Source: a virus
Direction: 5' to 3' (one strand)
Length of the DNA: 64,000 bases
Virus record (IMG/VR): IMGVR_UViG_3300042356_000801
Location: 27,170-91,169 of that record
The position numbers and the translations under genes are program-made. This document shows positions 39,205 to 47,854 of the stretch, piece by piece (position 1 is the stretch's first letter; each line of letters starts with the position of its first letter). The notes beneath the pieces are model-generated. The model was not told the origin of the DNA. It did no database searches and saw only the letters and a program-made list of their open reading frames with translations.

Positions 39205-39644
39205 TGGGGGCAGTACTCGTAGGGACGGCTGGCGACAAGAAGCTATATTACGTTGTCGACTCAAAGGATTCACTCAAAGACGGGATAATTGAAGACCCTG
39301 ATGGCTCAACCCACGAGGTTTCCTTTTTTTCTTACATAGGAAAGACAACGAACATAAGACCTTTGAGAGCCTCGGAGTTTCACAAATTTTTATGGGATGA
39401 GCCTGAAGAAAAAGATAAAAGAAAATGGATGGAAATTTTTATCCAAAAACTTGACGACCCCGACAAGAACCTAATGGAAGGTGTCGCTGTTCAGGATTCA
39501 ACAGGTAAAGCCAGAAAAAAGAAAACAAAGGTTGACACTAAGGTTAATGCTTTTATTAACAATAATCGCGTTAGCAATTCTTCTGGTCTTCAGTTTTCGA
39601 CTAAAATGGTAGTATCTGATAGCAAACGCGCGCAAAAGAATTAA
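39204..39644 (+). CDS. Hypothetical protein
   Basis: TAATG-coupled ORF in head operon. Confidence 0.6.
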   Translation: MGAVLVGTAGDKKLYYVVDSKDSLKDGIIEDPDGSTHEVSFFSYIGKTTNIRPLRASEFHKFLWDEPEEKDKRKWMEIFIQKLDDPDKNLMEGVAVQDSTGKARKKKTKVDTKVNAFINNNRVSNSSGLQFSTKMVVSDSKRAQKN

Positions 39645-39657
39645 GCAGGACTAGAAA

Positions 39658-40317
39658 ATGTCAAGAGAATACTCTGAAAAAGCTGCCGGGGAAGGACTAC
39701 TCCCTGACTTTTTGCCACAAGAGAACGTAACCGGAGACATACTCAAGGGCCGTGGTCCACGCCGTGGCAACCTTGAGCGCCTGCTGCGCTACTGGAGACC
39801 TATCATGAAAAAACCGGGCGGTTTTACCCGTTGCCGAGTCATTTTGGCAAACCATCCAGAGATGTACCCACTTGAGCGTATTTGCGCATGGTTGCATCAC
39901 GAGACTACCGGTCTGTGGCCAAACGAAGGCTGTCATCATCCAGGCATGAAAAACTGCAAGGGCAAGCTGAAGAAGTTAATGACAACCGATAAGGCTTTTC
40001 GTAAAAAACTTAACAATCTTGACAACGTCCGTATCCCTGGAGGAAAGGGAAAGAAGTCTGCGATGGTTGATGACGACATGGACGAGTTCTACAGCATGCA
40101 CGACCACACAAAGATAGGCGAAGACAATCCGGTTGTTACTGAAGAAGACATGCTTCATGCAATGAAGGTTCTTTCTGACTTTGTTGAAATGGAAAAAGGC
40201 TTCGCTGAATATCTGCGCGACGAGAAAAACTGGGAAATCGAAGGAGAAGACTTGAACGGCTACACAAAGACGCTTCCATTTTCTTCTGTCGAAAGAAAGA
40301 GCGATTGCTGCGGATAA
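39658..40317 (+). CDS. Head-module protein with Cys/His motif
   Basis: LLRYW...GGFTRC..IL.NH...ICAWLHHETTGLWP. Confidence 0.6.
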   Translation: MSREYSEKAAGEGLLPDFLPQENVTGDILKGRGPRRGNLERLLRYWRPIMKKPGGFTRCRVILANHPEMYPLERICAWLHHETTGLWPNEGCHHPGMKNCKGKLKKLMTTDKAFRKKLNNLDNVRIPGGKGKKSAMVDDDMDEFYSMHDHTKIGEDNPVVTEEDMLHAMKVLSDFVEMEKGFAEYLRDEKNWEIEGEDLNGYTKTLPFSSVERKSDCCG

Positions 40318-40320
40318 GTA

Positions 40321-42321
40321 ATGACGATTGATTCATGCTGTGACGATAGACCCACATACGTAACTAGGGTCATACTGGGGGCTTCTGTAGAGAGAAGCAG
40401 GCCCACCATTGTCAAAACTGCAATGGCACGGACAAGTTTGGTGATTGATTACAAAGCCGCCTCCAACAGAAGTGGCACTACGAGGAATTTTTCCAGCAGC
40501 AGAAACGCGATAACCGGTTCGTACAGGGTAAAAGCTGCCGCTCTAAGCACTCTGGCCTCCTTGGCTATTCCGGGCGACATGGACCCAATACGTTCTCCAA
40601 TACGTTCAGCTGTCTACAGAACACTCACCCCAGGAAAACCCGGGATACCCGGAAGCGTTCCAATGAAGCCAAACAGGGGTTACAGGTGCCCAGAGGGTTA
40701 TCAATACGGAGGAAGATTTACTGACTCTAGACTCTCTACTTGTGGGTTGAAGCTTTTTGACATTCCTAGTCCTCTAGGTTTAGCTCTTTCTGCAATAAAG
40801 AAAGGCTTTCGCTCCCTCAAGCCCGAGAGAGTGACTGGCGGAGTGCTTGGTGGTCTTCAAAGCGAAGACCCAACAATACGAAGAGACCCTAATATCGTAA
40901 TCCCAAAGGTGTCCACGTTTAACAGGGCTGCCTTCCTTGAACAAATCAAACAAATGATTAACGGCCTAAGTACCGCTCAATCTTCAACAGCAAGAATGGT
41001 AAGAAGAGACGGTTTCGTTCTTCAACCAGTCGTACCTGCTCGTGTCTTGCGTTCAATCCCGGACAACAGGGACATGGAAGGTGCTGCTTATCTTCTTTCG
41101 GTTTTGAATGCTAGAGGTTTTGGAAAAGACGAAATAGGGATGCTTTCAAACACTGGAGTAAATTCAGTAACATTTGTTCTTCCGGGCGGTTCAACCATAT
41201 CCCTTACAAAAGCAAGGGCTCTCACTGTTGGTGAGAGAAGAAAACTTGGCAAAACCATACGTGTAGCGGAGTCAATGGCAACGCCAAACAATCCTACGGG
41301 CAACATGAAGTACATAGCCGACGAAATGGGTGACGGAATTGTTTATTCAGAATCTTTTGTAAACATAAAAAATCCTAACGAGATAGTAAACGGCAAGCCT
41401 AAATGGGTCAACTACGCTTTCTCAAAAGCCAACATGCCTAAAAAACCAGAACCAGAAACAGCGAGAGAAACAGTCAGCAACGCTGCCCTTGGTAAAAAGA
41501 TAAAGTCGATAGACGAAGCATTGGAACATCTTGCTAACGGTGGAAGTCTTTCTGAAATTTCTCCAGAAATACTGGCCAAAGTCCTGACCAAAAAACAACT
41601 TGTTCAGATTCAGAAAATAAATAACAATCAGTCAATAGTGGTTATTAATGGCCAAAAATATATTATGTACTCTCCAAAATCTGAATACGCCCATCTTGCA
41701 GAAAGATTTGCTTCAGATGTCCAACAACATTTAAGGCTTGAGTCTCCAGATGTCTACCTAGTGGGTGGACAGGGGGATAAAAGAAAATATCTAATGCAGA
41801 ATGTTGAGTCAGCTTTGCCTGGTTCAGTTTTTAACCCAAATGCAAAAATGAATGATTTTAGACCAGAAGATGTTGCAAAGATGCTGGTTGCAGATTTTCT
41901 TACAGACCAAAGAACAAGAGGTCTTGACTCCGTAAACGCTTTAACTACACCTGACGGCGAAGTTCCAATGTTTGGCCAGAACCCAACATCAGGACTAATC
42001 GATTTAAGCAAAATAGAAATAACAAAACGCATGAAAATGTCTATAGCTGATTTCTATAATTCAGGAACACAAATAAACTACTCAGAGTATTATCAGACCC
42101 TCAAAATAGAGCAACAGCTTGCTTTTAGGAGAGCTATAGAACAGGCGATTTCTAGGGCAAAGTCATTCAGGGTTGCAGAACTAAAGAGAAGACTTGGGGC
42201 AGATGGGCTTTCAGTAGGTGAAATTAACCACTTTAAAATTCTTGAGAAAATATATAACTCCCGTCTTGCTGTTCTGTCTTCTAGCAAAAAGATGCTTCTT
42301 AACTACTTAAAGGGTATCTAA
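40321..42321 (+). CDS. Large head-module protein with degenerate HipA/PI-kinase-like C-terminus
   Basis: RCPEG...GGRFTD motif; AERFAS.V..HL.L.SPDV and LVADFLTDQRTR. Confidence 0.5.
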   Translation: MTIDSCCDDRPTYVTRVILGASVERSRPTIVKTAMARTSLVIDYKAASNRSGTTRNFSSSRNAITGSYRVKAAALSTLASLAIPGDMDPIRSPIRSAVYRTLTPGKPGIPGSVPMKPNRGYRCPEGYQYGGRFTDSRLSTCGLKLFDIPSPLGLALSAIKKGFRSLKPERVTGGVLGGLQSEDPTIRRDPNIVIPKVSTFNRAAFLEQIKQMINGLSTAQSSTARMVRRDGFVLQPVVPARVLRSIPDNRDMEGAAYLLSVLNARGFGKDEIGMLSNTGVNSVTFVLPGGSTISLTKARALTVGERRKLGKTIRVAESMATPNNPTGNMKYIADEMGDGIVYSESFVNIKNPNEIVNGKPKWVNYAFSKANMPKKPEPETARETVSNAALGKKIKSIDEALEHLANGGSLSEISPEILAKVLTKKQLVQIQKINNNQSIVVINGQKYIMYSPKSEYAHLAERFASDVQQHLRLESPDVYLVGGQGDKRKYLMQNVESALPGSVFNPNAKMNDFRPEDVAKMLVADFLTDQRTRGLDSVNALTTPDGEVPMFGQNPTSGLIDLSKIEITKRMKMSIADFYNSGTQINYSEYYQTLKIEQQLAFRRAIEQAISRAKSFRVAELKRRLGADGLSVGEINHFKILEKIYNSRLAVLSSSKKMLLNYLKGI

Positions 42322-43031
42322 TGGACCTTTTTTCAGTTCTTTATGACCCATCAACATCGTCTCCGTTTGGTGTAGAGATTGAACACTCGAATGGAACAAA
42401 ATCCCTTTATGGACTCAGCACGGCCGGCAGGGGTTGGGCAAATACTGGCTCTACCCCAGAAACAATAATAAGAACAGGATTTGCACCTTACACAAAGTCT
42501 GTGCAGGAAGCTATAGAGCCAGCCATCGATGGAAGCATTGTGCTTTCACTTGCAGAAATAAGGGAACACACAAGCCCAGAACTTGTTTATGTTGGCAGGA
42601 CTGTAAAAAACAGAAATCCAGAATCCCCACGCAATGGTTTTGTCATGTCCATGTCTACAGGAAAAACAAAATCAAGAATAATTGATTACCTCGCTTCTAA
42701 ATTCTCGATGTCCCTAACGCGGTCTTCCGCCGTTAATGAAGTCAAGTCGGCAAACGTGGGATTTAGCAGTAAGTTGAACATCTTAAAAACAACAAGCGAT
42801 GACCCGTCAAAGATGTGGCTTGTTGACCGTGTTGGCTCAATACTCGGTAGGGGTCAAATGCGCAGGATTGGCACAAAGGTAAACCCGGATAAGTCCAGTA
42901 TTTATTCAGAAAACAGCAGAATAAATAGAAGAGTTAAATCGCTTATAGGTAATGAAGAAATTGATTTAAGTGATTATCCAGTTGATGAAAGAATAAGTAT
43001 CTCAAGTCTTGAAAGATTCAAGAGGACATAA
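42321..43031 (+). CDS. Hypothetical protein
   Basis: TAATG-coupled ORF. Confidence 0.6.
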   Translation: MDLFSVLYDPSTSSPFGVEIEHSNGTKSLYGLSTAGRGWANTGSTPETIIRTGFAPYTKSVQEAIEPAIDGSIVLSLAEIREHTSPELVYVGRTVKNRNPESPRNGFVMSMSTGKTKSRIIDYLASKFSMSLTRSSAVNEVKSANVGFSSKLNILKTTSDDPSKMWLVDRVGSILGRGQMRRIGTKVNPDKSSIYSENSRINRRVKSLIGNEEIDLSDYPVDERISISSLERFKRT

Positions 43032-43033
43032 AC

Positions 43034-43753
43034 ATGGCTGACAAGACAAGATACAAAGCTCCTAAGTTTCAAAAAGCTGACGCAGAAAAACTGGCAGCCG
43101 CAATAGGTTGTTCTGGGGTCCACCAAGACGCAAACGGTAAATGGCTTCCATGTGCGACAGAAGAAGAGATGCAAAAGCTCTCGATGGACGCCGAACCAGA
43201 CAAGAAGCCTGTTGGTTTTTATGACAAAAAAGAAGGCAAACCCAAAAGAAAAAAGCGTGGCAAGAGAAAACGTTACGTAAATGACGAATGGGAAAACTTA
43301 AGACAGCGCTCCACTCTCGGCTTTGATACTCTTCCAGGTGGAAGTCTTGTTTCCGGAAACAACCCACCAATACCTGCAGTAGGTGAAACGGTTACGGCTT
43401 TTGATGGGGGCGTTATCCCGGCGATAACAAACTCTGGAAGCAAGTCAGAATATGGCGACGACATAAGCACCAAGGCAAGGCAGATGACTGGCCCGGAGTA
43501 CGTTAGAGACAACGACCCGGATGTTTTCATAGACCCAGAGTCAGCAAGATTCAGGTCTAGACAACTTGGCTGCATTGGAATTAGTAGAAGAATCTCAAAA
43601 ACCGGACGAGCCGTGTGGATGCCATGCACCAACATGAGTGATTACTCAAGAGTCTCTGGCTCGACTTCTTTAGGCCGAAGAGGGCAAAGAAGAGACATGG
43701 AAAACACTGTTAGAACAATAGTGTCAAGAGAACTGAAGAAAAACAAAAAATAG
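43034..43753 (+). CDS. Hypothetical protein with two GC.G...W.PC motifs
   Basis: IGCSGVHQDANGKWLPC and LGCIGISRR...VWMPC; GAGGA SD. Confidence 0.65.
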   Translation: MADKTRYKAPKFQKADAEKLAAAIGCSGVHQDANGKWLPCATEEEMQKLSMDAEPDKKPVGFYDKKEGKPKRKKRGKRKRYVNDEWENLRQRSTLGFDTLPGGSLVSGNNPPIPAVGETVTAFDGGVIPAITNSGSKSEYGDDISTKARQMTGPEYVRDNDPDVFIDPESARFRSRQLGCIGISRRISKTGRAVWMPCTNMSDYSRVSGSTSLGRRGQRRDMENTVRTIVSRELKKNKK

Positions 43754-43917
43754 AAATTACATTGTTCGTAAAAGTATTTACGCACAATAGTTACTAAATA
43801 TTGTTAGTTCCACTATTGATGGGGAAATTCTGTTATTTTTGATAGTTAAGGACTGGGTGCTCACCTAAGTCGTAGTTCAATATCCACAAACAATCTCACA
43901 AGAGGTAGGAAAAAAAT

Positions 43918-45288
43918 ATGTCGGAAGACACTTCAAGAATCAAGGAACTGCAGACCGCACTCCGTGTAAAAATGGCAGACAACAAGGCTATCGCCGATTC
44001 ATTCAGAATCGAAGATGGAGCTGTAGTCGTCTCTGCAGACCAAAAGACAGCGTTCGACAAGAACATGCAAGATATCAAGGAAATCAAGGGACTCATCGAG
44101 GGTCTTGAGACCATGGGCGGAGTATCCAGCTGGGCATCAGAGCCTCAGGATACAGTTGCTGGCGCATTTGCTGCAGCAGCAAACGATGTAAAGCATCTTT
44201 CCAGCCGTGAAATCAAGAGCATCGGCGAGATGTTCCTCGATTCCGCAGAATTCAAGTCACTCAACGGTGGCCGTAACGGTGCAAACATGGCTGCTGCATG
44301 GCAGGCTGGCGTTTCGCTCACAGGCTTCAACGTTAAAGATGTTTACTCAGCACTTCCAAGCGGCACAATGGGCCGTGGCGCAGACGCAGTATTCGGTTCA
44401 ATTCAGCGCGATGCGCTGGTAACACCACCACAACGCACAAAGCGCGTTCGTGACCTGTTCCCAGTTCGCACCACAACTGCTGCAGTTATCGAATACTTCC
44501 GTCAGATTGGCTTTACCAGCCTTTCAGCTCCTGGCGTAACCAACTCGTCTTACTCAACCAATAACGCAGCTGCTCCAGTAGCAGAGCGTGACGGTGCAGC
44601 ATTTGGAATCAAGCCACAGTCAGCTTTCCAATTCGTTGGTGAGCAGGCTCCAGTACGCACACTTGCACACTGGGAAGCAGCACACCGCAACGTTCTTGCT
44701 GACGAACCACAACTTCGTTCAATCATCGACAATGAGCTCATGTACGGTCTTCGTCTTCTCGAAGATTCACAAATCCTCAACGGTGACGGCACTGGCGAAA
44801 ACTTGCTCGGTGTTTTGAACACCCCTGGTATCCAGGAGTACGCATGGTCAGACGGTGCAGTATTGCCAGTAGCAGACACAAAGGCTGACGCACTTCGCCG
44901 TGCGGCAACCTTGTCGTTCCTTGCTTACTACGAGCCAACCGGCATCGTTCTTCACCCGAACGACTGGGAAGACATCGAGTTGACCAAGGACGCAAACGGT
45001 CAGTACCTCATCGCAGTTTCGGTTGCAATGGGTGGCGAGCCAAAGGTATGGCGCATGCCAATCGTTGATACCCCTGCAATTGCAGAAGGTACAGCCTTGG
45101 TTGGTGCGTTCGGTACCGGAGCTCAACTCTATGACCGCGAGCAGGCAAGCATTCGCATTAGCGAGCAGCACTCTGACTTCTTCGTAAGAAACGCAATTGT
45201 CATCTTGGCTGAGCAGCGTCTCGCCCTTGCTGTCAAGCGTCCAGAAGCATTCGTAGTTGTTGACTTCGACGGAGCTCCAGAAGCCTAA
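43918..45288 (+). CDS. Major capsid protein, HK97 fold
   Basis: Coiled-coil delta domain, VRDLFP..TT, TLAHW, LAD.PQLRS.I.NEL.YGL...ED.QILNGDG.GENL.G, F.RNAIVILAEQRLALAV.RPEAFV. Confidence 0.95.
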   Translation: MSEDTSRIKELQTALRVKMADNKAIADSFRIEDGAVVVSADQKTAFDKNMQDIKEIKGLIEGLETMGGVSSWASEPQDTVAGAFAAAANDVKHLSSREIKSIGEMFLDSAEFKSLNGGRNGANMAAAWQAGVSLTGFNVKDVYSALPSGTMGRGADAVFGSIQRDALVTPPQRTKRVRDLFPVRTTTAAVIEYFRQIGFTSLSAPGVTNSSYSTNNAAAPVAERDGAAFGIKPQSAFQFVGEQAPVRTLAHWEAAHRNVLADEPQLRSIIDNELMYGLRLLEDSQILNGDGTGENLLGVLNTPGIQEYAWSDGAVLPVADTKADALRRAATLSFLAYYEPTGIVLHPNDWEDIELTKDANGQYLIAVSVAMGGEPKVWRMPIVDTPAIAEGTALVGAFGTGAQLYDREQASIRISEQHSDFFVRNAIVILAEQRLALAVKRPEAFVVVDFDGAPEA

Positions 45289-45302
45289 TAAGCATTAAGC
45301 GG

Positions 45303-45342
45303 AACCCCGTCTGTACCTTCGAACGGTACGGGCGGGGTTTTT
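45303..45342 (+). terminator. Rho-independent terminator after capsid gene
   Basis: AACCCCGTCTGTACC-loop-GGTACGGGCGGGGTTTTT. Confidence 0.85.
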
Positions 45343-45364
45343 GCTATATATGAGAAGATTAGAC

Positions 45365-45898
45365 ATGAAAGAAAACGATTCATTTCTGTTTGTAGGAAAT
45401 ATGCCATTATTTGGTGAACTCCTAGATGAAGTGTTGTCTCTAACACAAAAAGACTGGCTTAGCTACAAAGAACGAAAAGCGGCAGGTGGAGCAGCAGCGG
45501 AAAACACCGACACAATACCTTTAATTTATGACTTAAAGCATAGGATTGATTCGGGAATACTACACAAGGACCATGAACGTTTTAGTAGATACATAGACGA
45601 TGCAGTTGAGGTCGTAATAAAAAAACTAGGTGAAGTCAAAGTTCAGCAAGCAATGCTTACAAACTTGAAAGCCGGCACCGTTATACCTAGACACAGAGAC
45701 AGGGGTCCAGTGACAGCCAAGACCCACAGGATACACGTGCCAGTTATAACCAATACAGAATGTATTTTTAGTGTTGGTGATGAATCAAGAAATCTAGATG
45801 CAGGACAAATTTGGATTATAGATAACGTCAATAGATATCACAGTGTTGAAAATAAAGGCAATAACGACCGAGTCCACTTAATCATAGATGCAATTTGA
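45365..45898 (+). CDS. 2OG-Fe(II) oxygenase, Asp/Asn beta-hydroxylase family
   Basis: IPRHRD, RIHVPVITN, HSVEN.G..DRVHLIID; start uncertain. Confidence 0.85.
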   Translation: MKENDSFLFVGNMPLFGELLDEVLSLTQKDWLSYKERKAAGGAAAENTDTIPLIYDLKHRIDSGILHKDHERFSRYIDDAVEVVIKKLGEVKVQQAMLTNLKAGTVIPRHRDRGPVTAKTHRIHVPVITNTECIFSVGDESRNLDAGQIWIIDNVNRYHSVENKGNNDRVHLIIDAI

Positions 45899-45933
45899 TG
45901 TGGGATAATTAAAACATGCCTACCTTAGGGCGG

Positions 45934-45972
45934 GAGAAGGTCCCTGCATTTATGCATGGGGCCTTCTCTTTT
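45934..45972 (+). terminator. Probable intrinsic terminator
   Basis: GAGAAGGTCCCTGCAT-TT-ATGCATGGGGCCTTCTC-TTTT. Confidence 0.6.
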
Positions 45973-46017
45973 GTGCAATGATGTAATATATAAGAACTTA
46001 TAAGTAAAGAGGATTCC

Positions 46018-47082
46018 ATGGCAGAAGAAGGCAAATGCCCACCAGCAACGCAAGACATAGCCGTAAACATAAAAAATAGGCAAAGCGCAATCGAGTCTGC
46101 TGCCTATGGTCCACTTAACCCAAAAGAGCCGAATGACGCCTATTGGCAAAAGAAGGCCGACAGATGGGATGTTTCTGTACCTGAAGCAAAGAAGCAAACA
46201 TGCGGCAACTGCGTAATGTTCGTCAAGACCCCCACGATGCTTGATTGCATTGAAGGCGGTCTCGGTAACGAAGAAGGCAATGTCGCCTGGGACATCATCA
46301 AGGCTGGGGAGCTTGGATACTGCGAAGCTTTTGACTTTAAGTGCGCATCAGCAAGAACTTGTGATGCCTGGGTTGTGGGTGGACCCATAACGGATGAAAA
46401 GAAACTAAAAGAGAAGTCACTTGAAATGGATTTCATCAAGCTTCAGAATACAAGACTTGTAAGCATCGACGTAAAAGATGACATCGAAAATGCTGAATTA
46501 CCTGAGTGGGGTGAAGACTACTCTGATGAAACTCTTCTTGGCGAAAGCTCTATATCAACAAAATCCGCAAAGCTTAAAGACCCGAAGGGTGGACTTACAC
46601 CTGCTGGGAGAAAGTTCTTCAATAGAACTCAGGGTTCAAATTTAAAGCCAGGGGTAAAAGGCGCAGCTGACACCCCAGAAAAGATGAAGCGCAAGGGTTC
46701 GTTCCTTACTCGCTTCTTTACCAATCCATCAGGCCCTATGGTTGACGAAAAAGGTAGAGCTACTCGTCTGGCATTATCTGCTGCCGCGTGGGGTGAAAGA
46801 GTCCCAAAGAACGCAGAAGACGCAGCAGCGCTTGCGGCTAAAGGCCGCAGACTTCTTGAAAGGTATGAAAATACAAAAAAGAACAAGAAGAGTGAATCTT
46901 TTGAAGACGTTGAGACAAAGGCAAAGAAGAAGCCATTCTGGGAACAGGATTCACCTTCCAAGGGAGATTCGCCCAAGCTCACAGATTCTCAAAAGAGAAA
47001 AGCTAAAGCTCGCGCTAAGGCTGCAGGAAGAAAATACCCAAACCTCGTAGACAACGCATGGGCTGCTAAGCAGAAGCCATGA
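46018..47082 (+). CDS. Multi-motif hypothetical protein (Cys-rich N-domain, DUF6321-like domain, basic tail)
   Basis: CGNC...GYC..FDFKCASARTC; KDPKGGLTPAGRK...RKGSFLTRF; KAKARAKAAGRKYPNLVDN. Confidence 0.6.
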   Translation: MAEEGKCPPATQDIAVNIKNRQSAIESAAYGPLNPKEPNDAYWQKKADRWDVSVPEAKKQTCGNCVMFVKTPTMLDCIEGGLGNEEGNVAWDIIKAGELGYCEAFDFKCASARTCDAWVVGGPITDEKKLKEKSLEMDFIKLQNTRLVSIDVKDDIENAELPEWGEDYSDETLLGESSISTKSAKLKDPKGGLTPAGRKFFNRTQGSNLKPGVKGAADTPEKMKRKGSFLTRFFTNPSGPMVDEKGRATRLALSAAAWGERVPKNAEDAAALAAKGRRLLERYENTKKNKKSESFEDVETKAKKKPFWEQDSPSKGDSPKLTDSQKRKAKARAKAAGRKYPNLVDNAWAAKQKP

Positions 47083-47489
47083 GCGAAAGATTTTGGTACG
47101 GAGCAACGGTTCTTGGTGTTGTAGACGGAGACACGATAGACCTGATGATTGACCTCGGTTTTAACATTCATCACAAAATTAGAGTAAGACTCTATGGTGT
47201 AAACACGCCCGAGTCAAGAACTAAAGATTTGAAAGAAAAAGAGCTAGGCCTGAAAGCCAAAGAATTTACAAAAGACTGGCTGTCTAAACATAAGTGGGTT
47301 TATGTAAATACCATCCCTGACAAGAACGATAAGTACGGCCGTGTTCTTGCAAAGATTTATACCGATGAAGCGATTGCCAGACCAGAGGTCGCTTGCCTAA
47401 ACGAGGACATAATACAGTCTGGTTACGCACGTGAGTATTTTGGGGTTGGCGACAAAACGTGGACAGAGTTCAAGAAAGAGACTAAGTAA
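47079..47489 (+). CDS. Thermonuclease (SNase-like)
   Basis: VVDGDTID..IDLGF, VRLYGVNTPE, DKYGRVLA. Confidence 0.9.
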   Translation: MSERFWYGATVLGVVDGDTIDLMIDLGFNIHHKIRVRLYGVNTPESRTKDLKEKELGLKAKEFTKDWLSKHKWVYVNTIPDKNDKYGRVLAKIYTDEAIARPEVACLNEDIIQSGYAREYFGVGDKTWTEFKKETK

Positions 47490-47854
47490 TGTCTGAAGAA
47501 AAATCAATTATCGAGATGCTCATGTCTGGAGCTCCAGTGCGAATTGTTAACCGCGTTGAGCCACGGCACCATTCACTTTCTCCAGAAGAGCAGGAACTTG
47601 CAGATGCCCTCGTGAGCATTGCTCAAAGGTATGGCAAGTTTAATGAAGACAAAAAAGGCATTTGGGCTGGCTACGACGAAGCGTCAAGCAATACTGTTGC
47701 AAGAATTGGCGTTAAGTGCGAAAACTGTGTTCTATACATGGGGGGCGGGCAATGCCGCATAATCCTTCAGACTGTTGAGCCTGAAGGAAAATGCAGATTT
47801 GCCGTCATACCAGACGGTGTAGTACAGATGGCAATGGGCGGCCCGATTATTTAA
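47489..47854 (+). CDS. Small protein with HiPIP-like four-Cys motif
   Basis: KCENCVLY.GGGQCRII...VEPEGKCRF. Confidence 0.55.
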   Translation: MSEEKSIIEMLMSGAPVRIVNRVEPRHHSLSPEEQELADALVSIAQRYGKFNEDKKGIWAGYDEASSNTVARIGVKCENCVLYMGGGQCRIILQTVEPEGKCRFAVIPDGVVQMAMGGPII

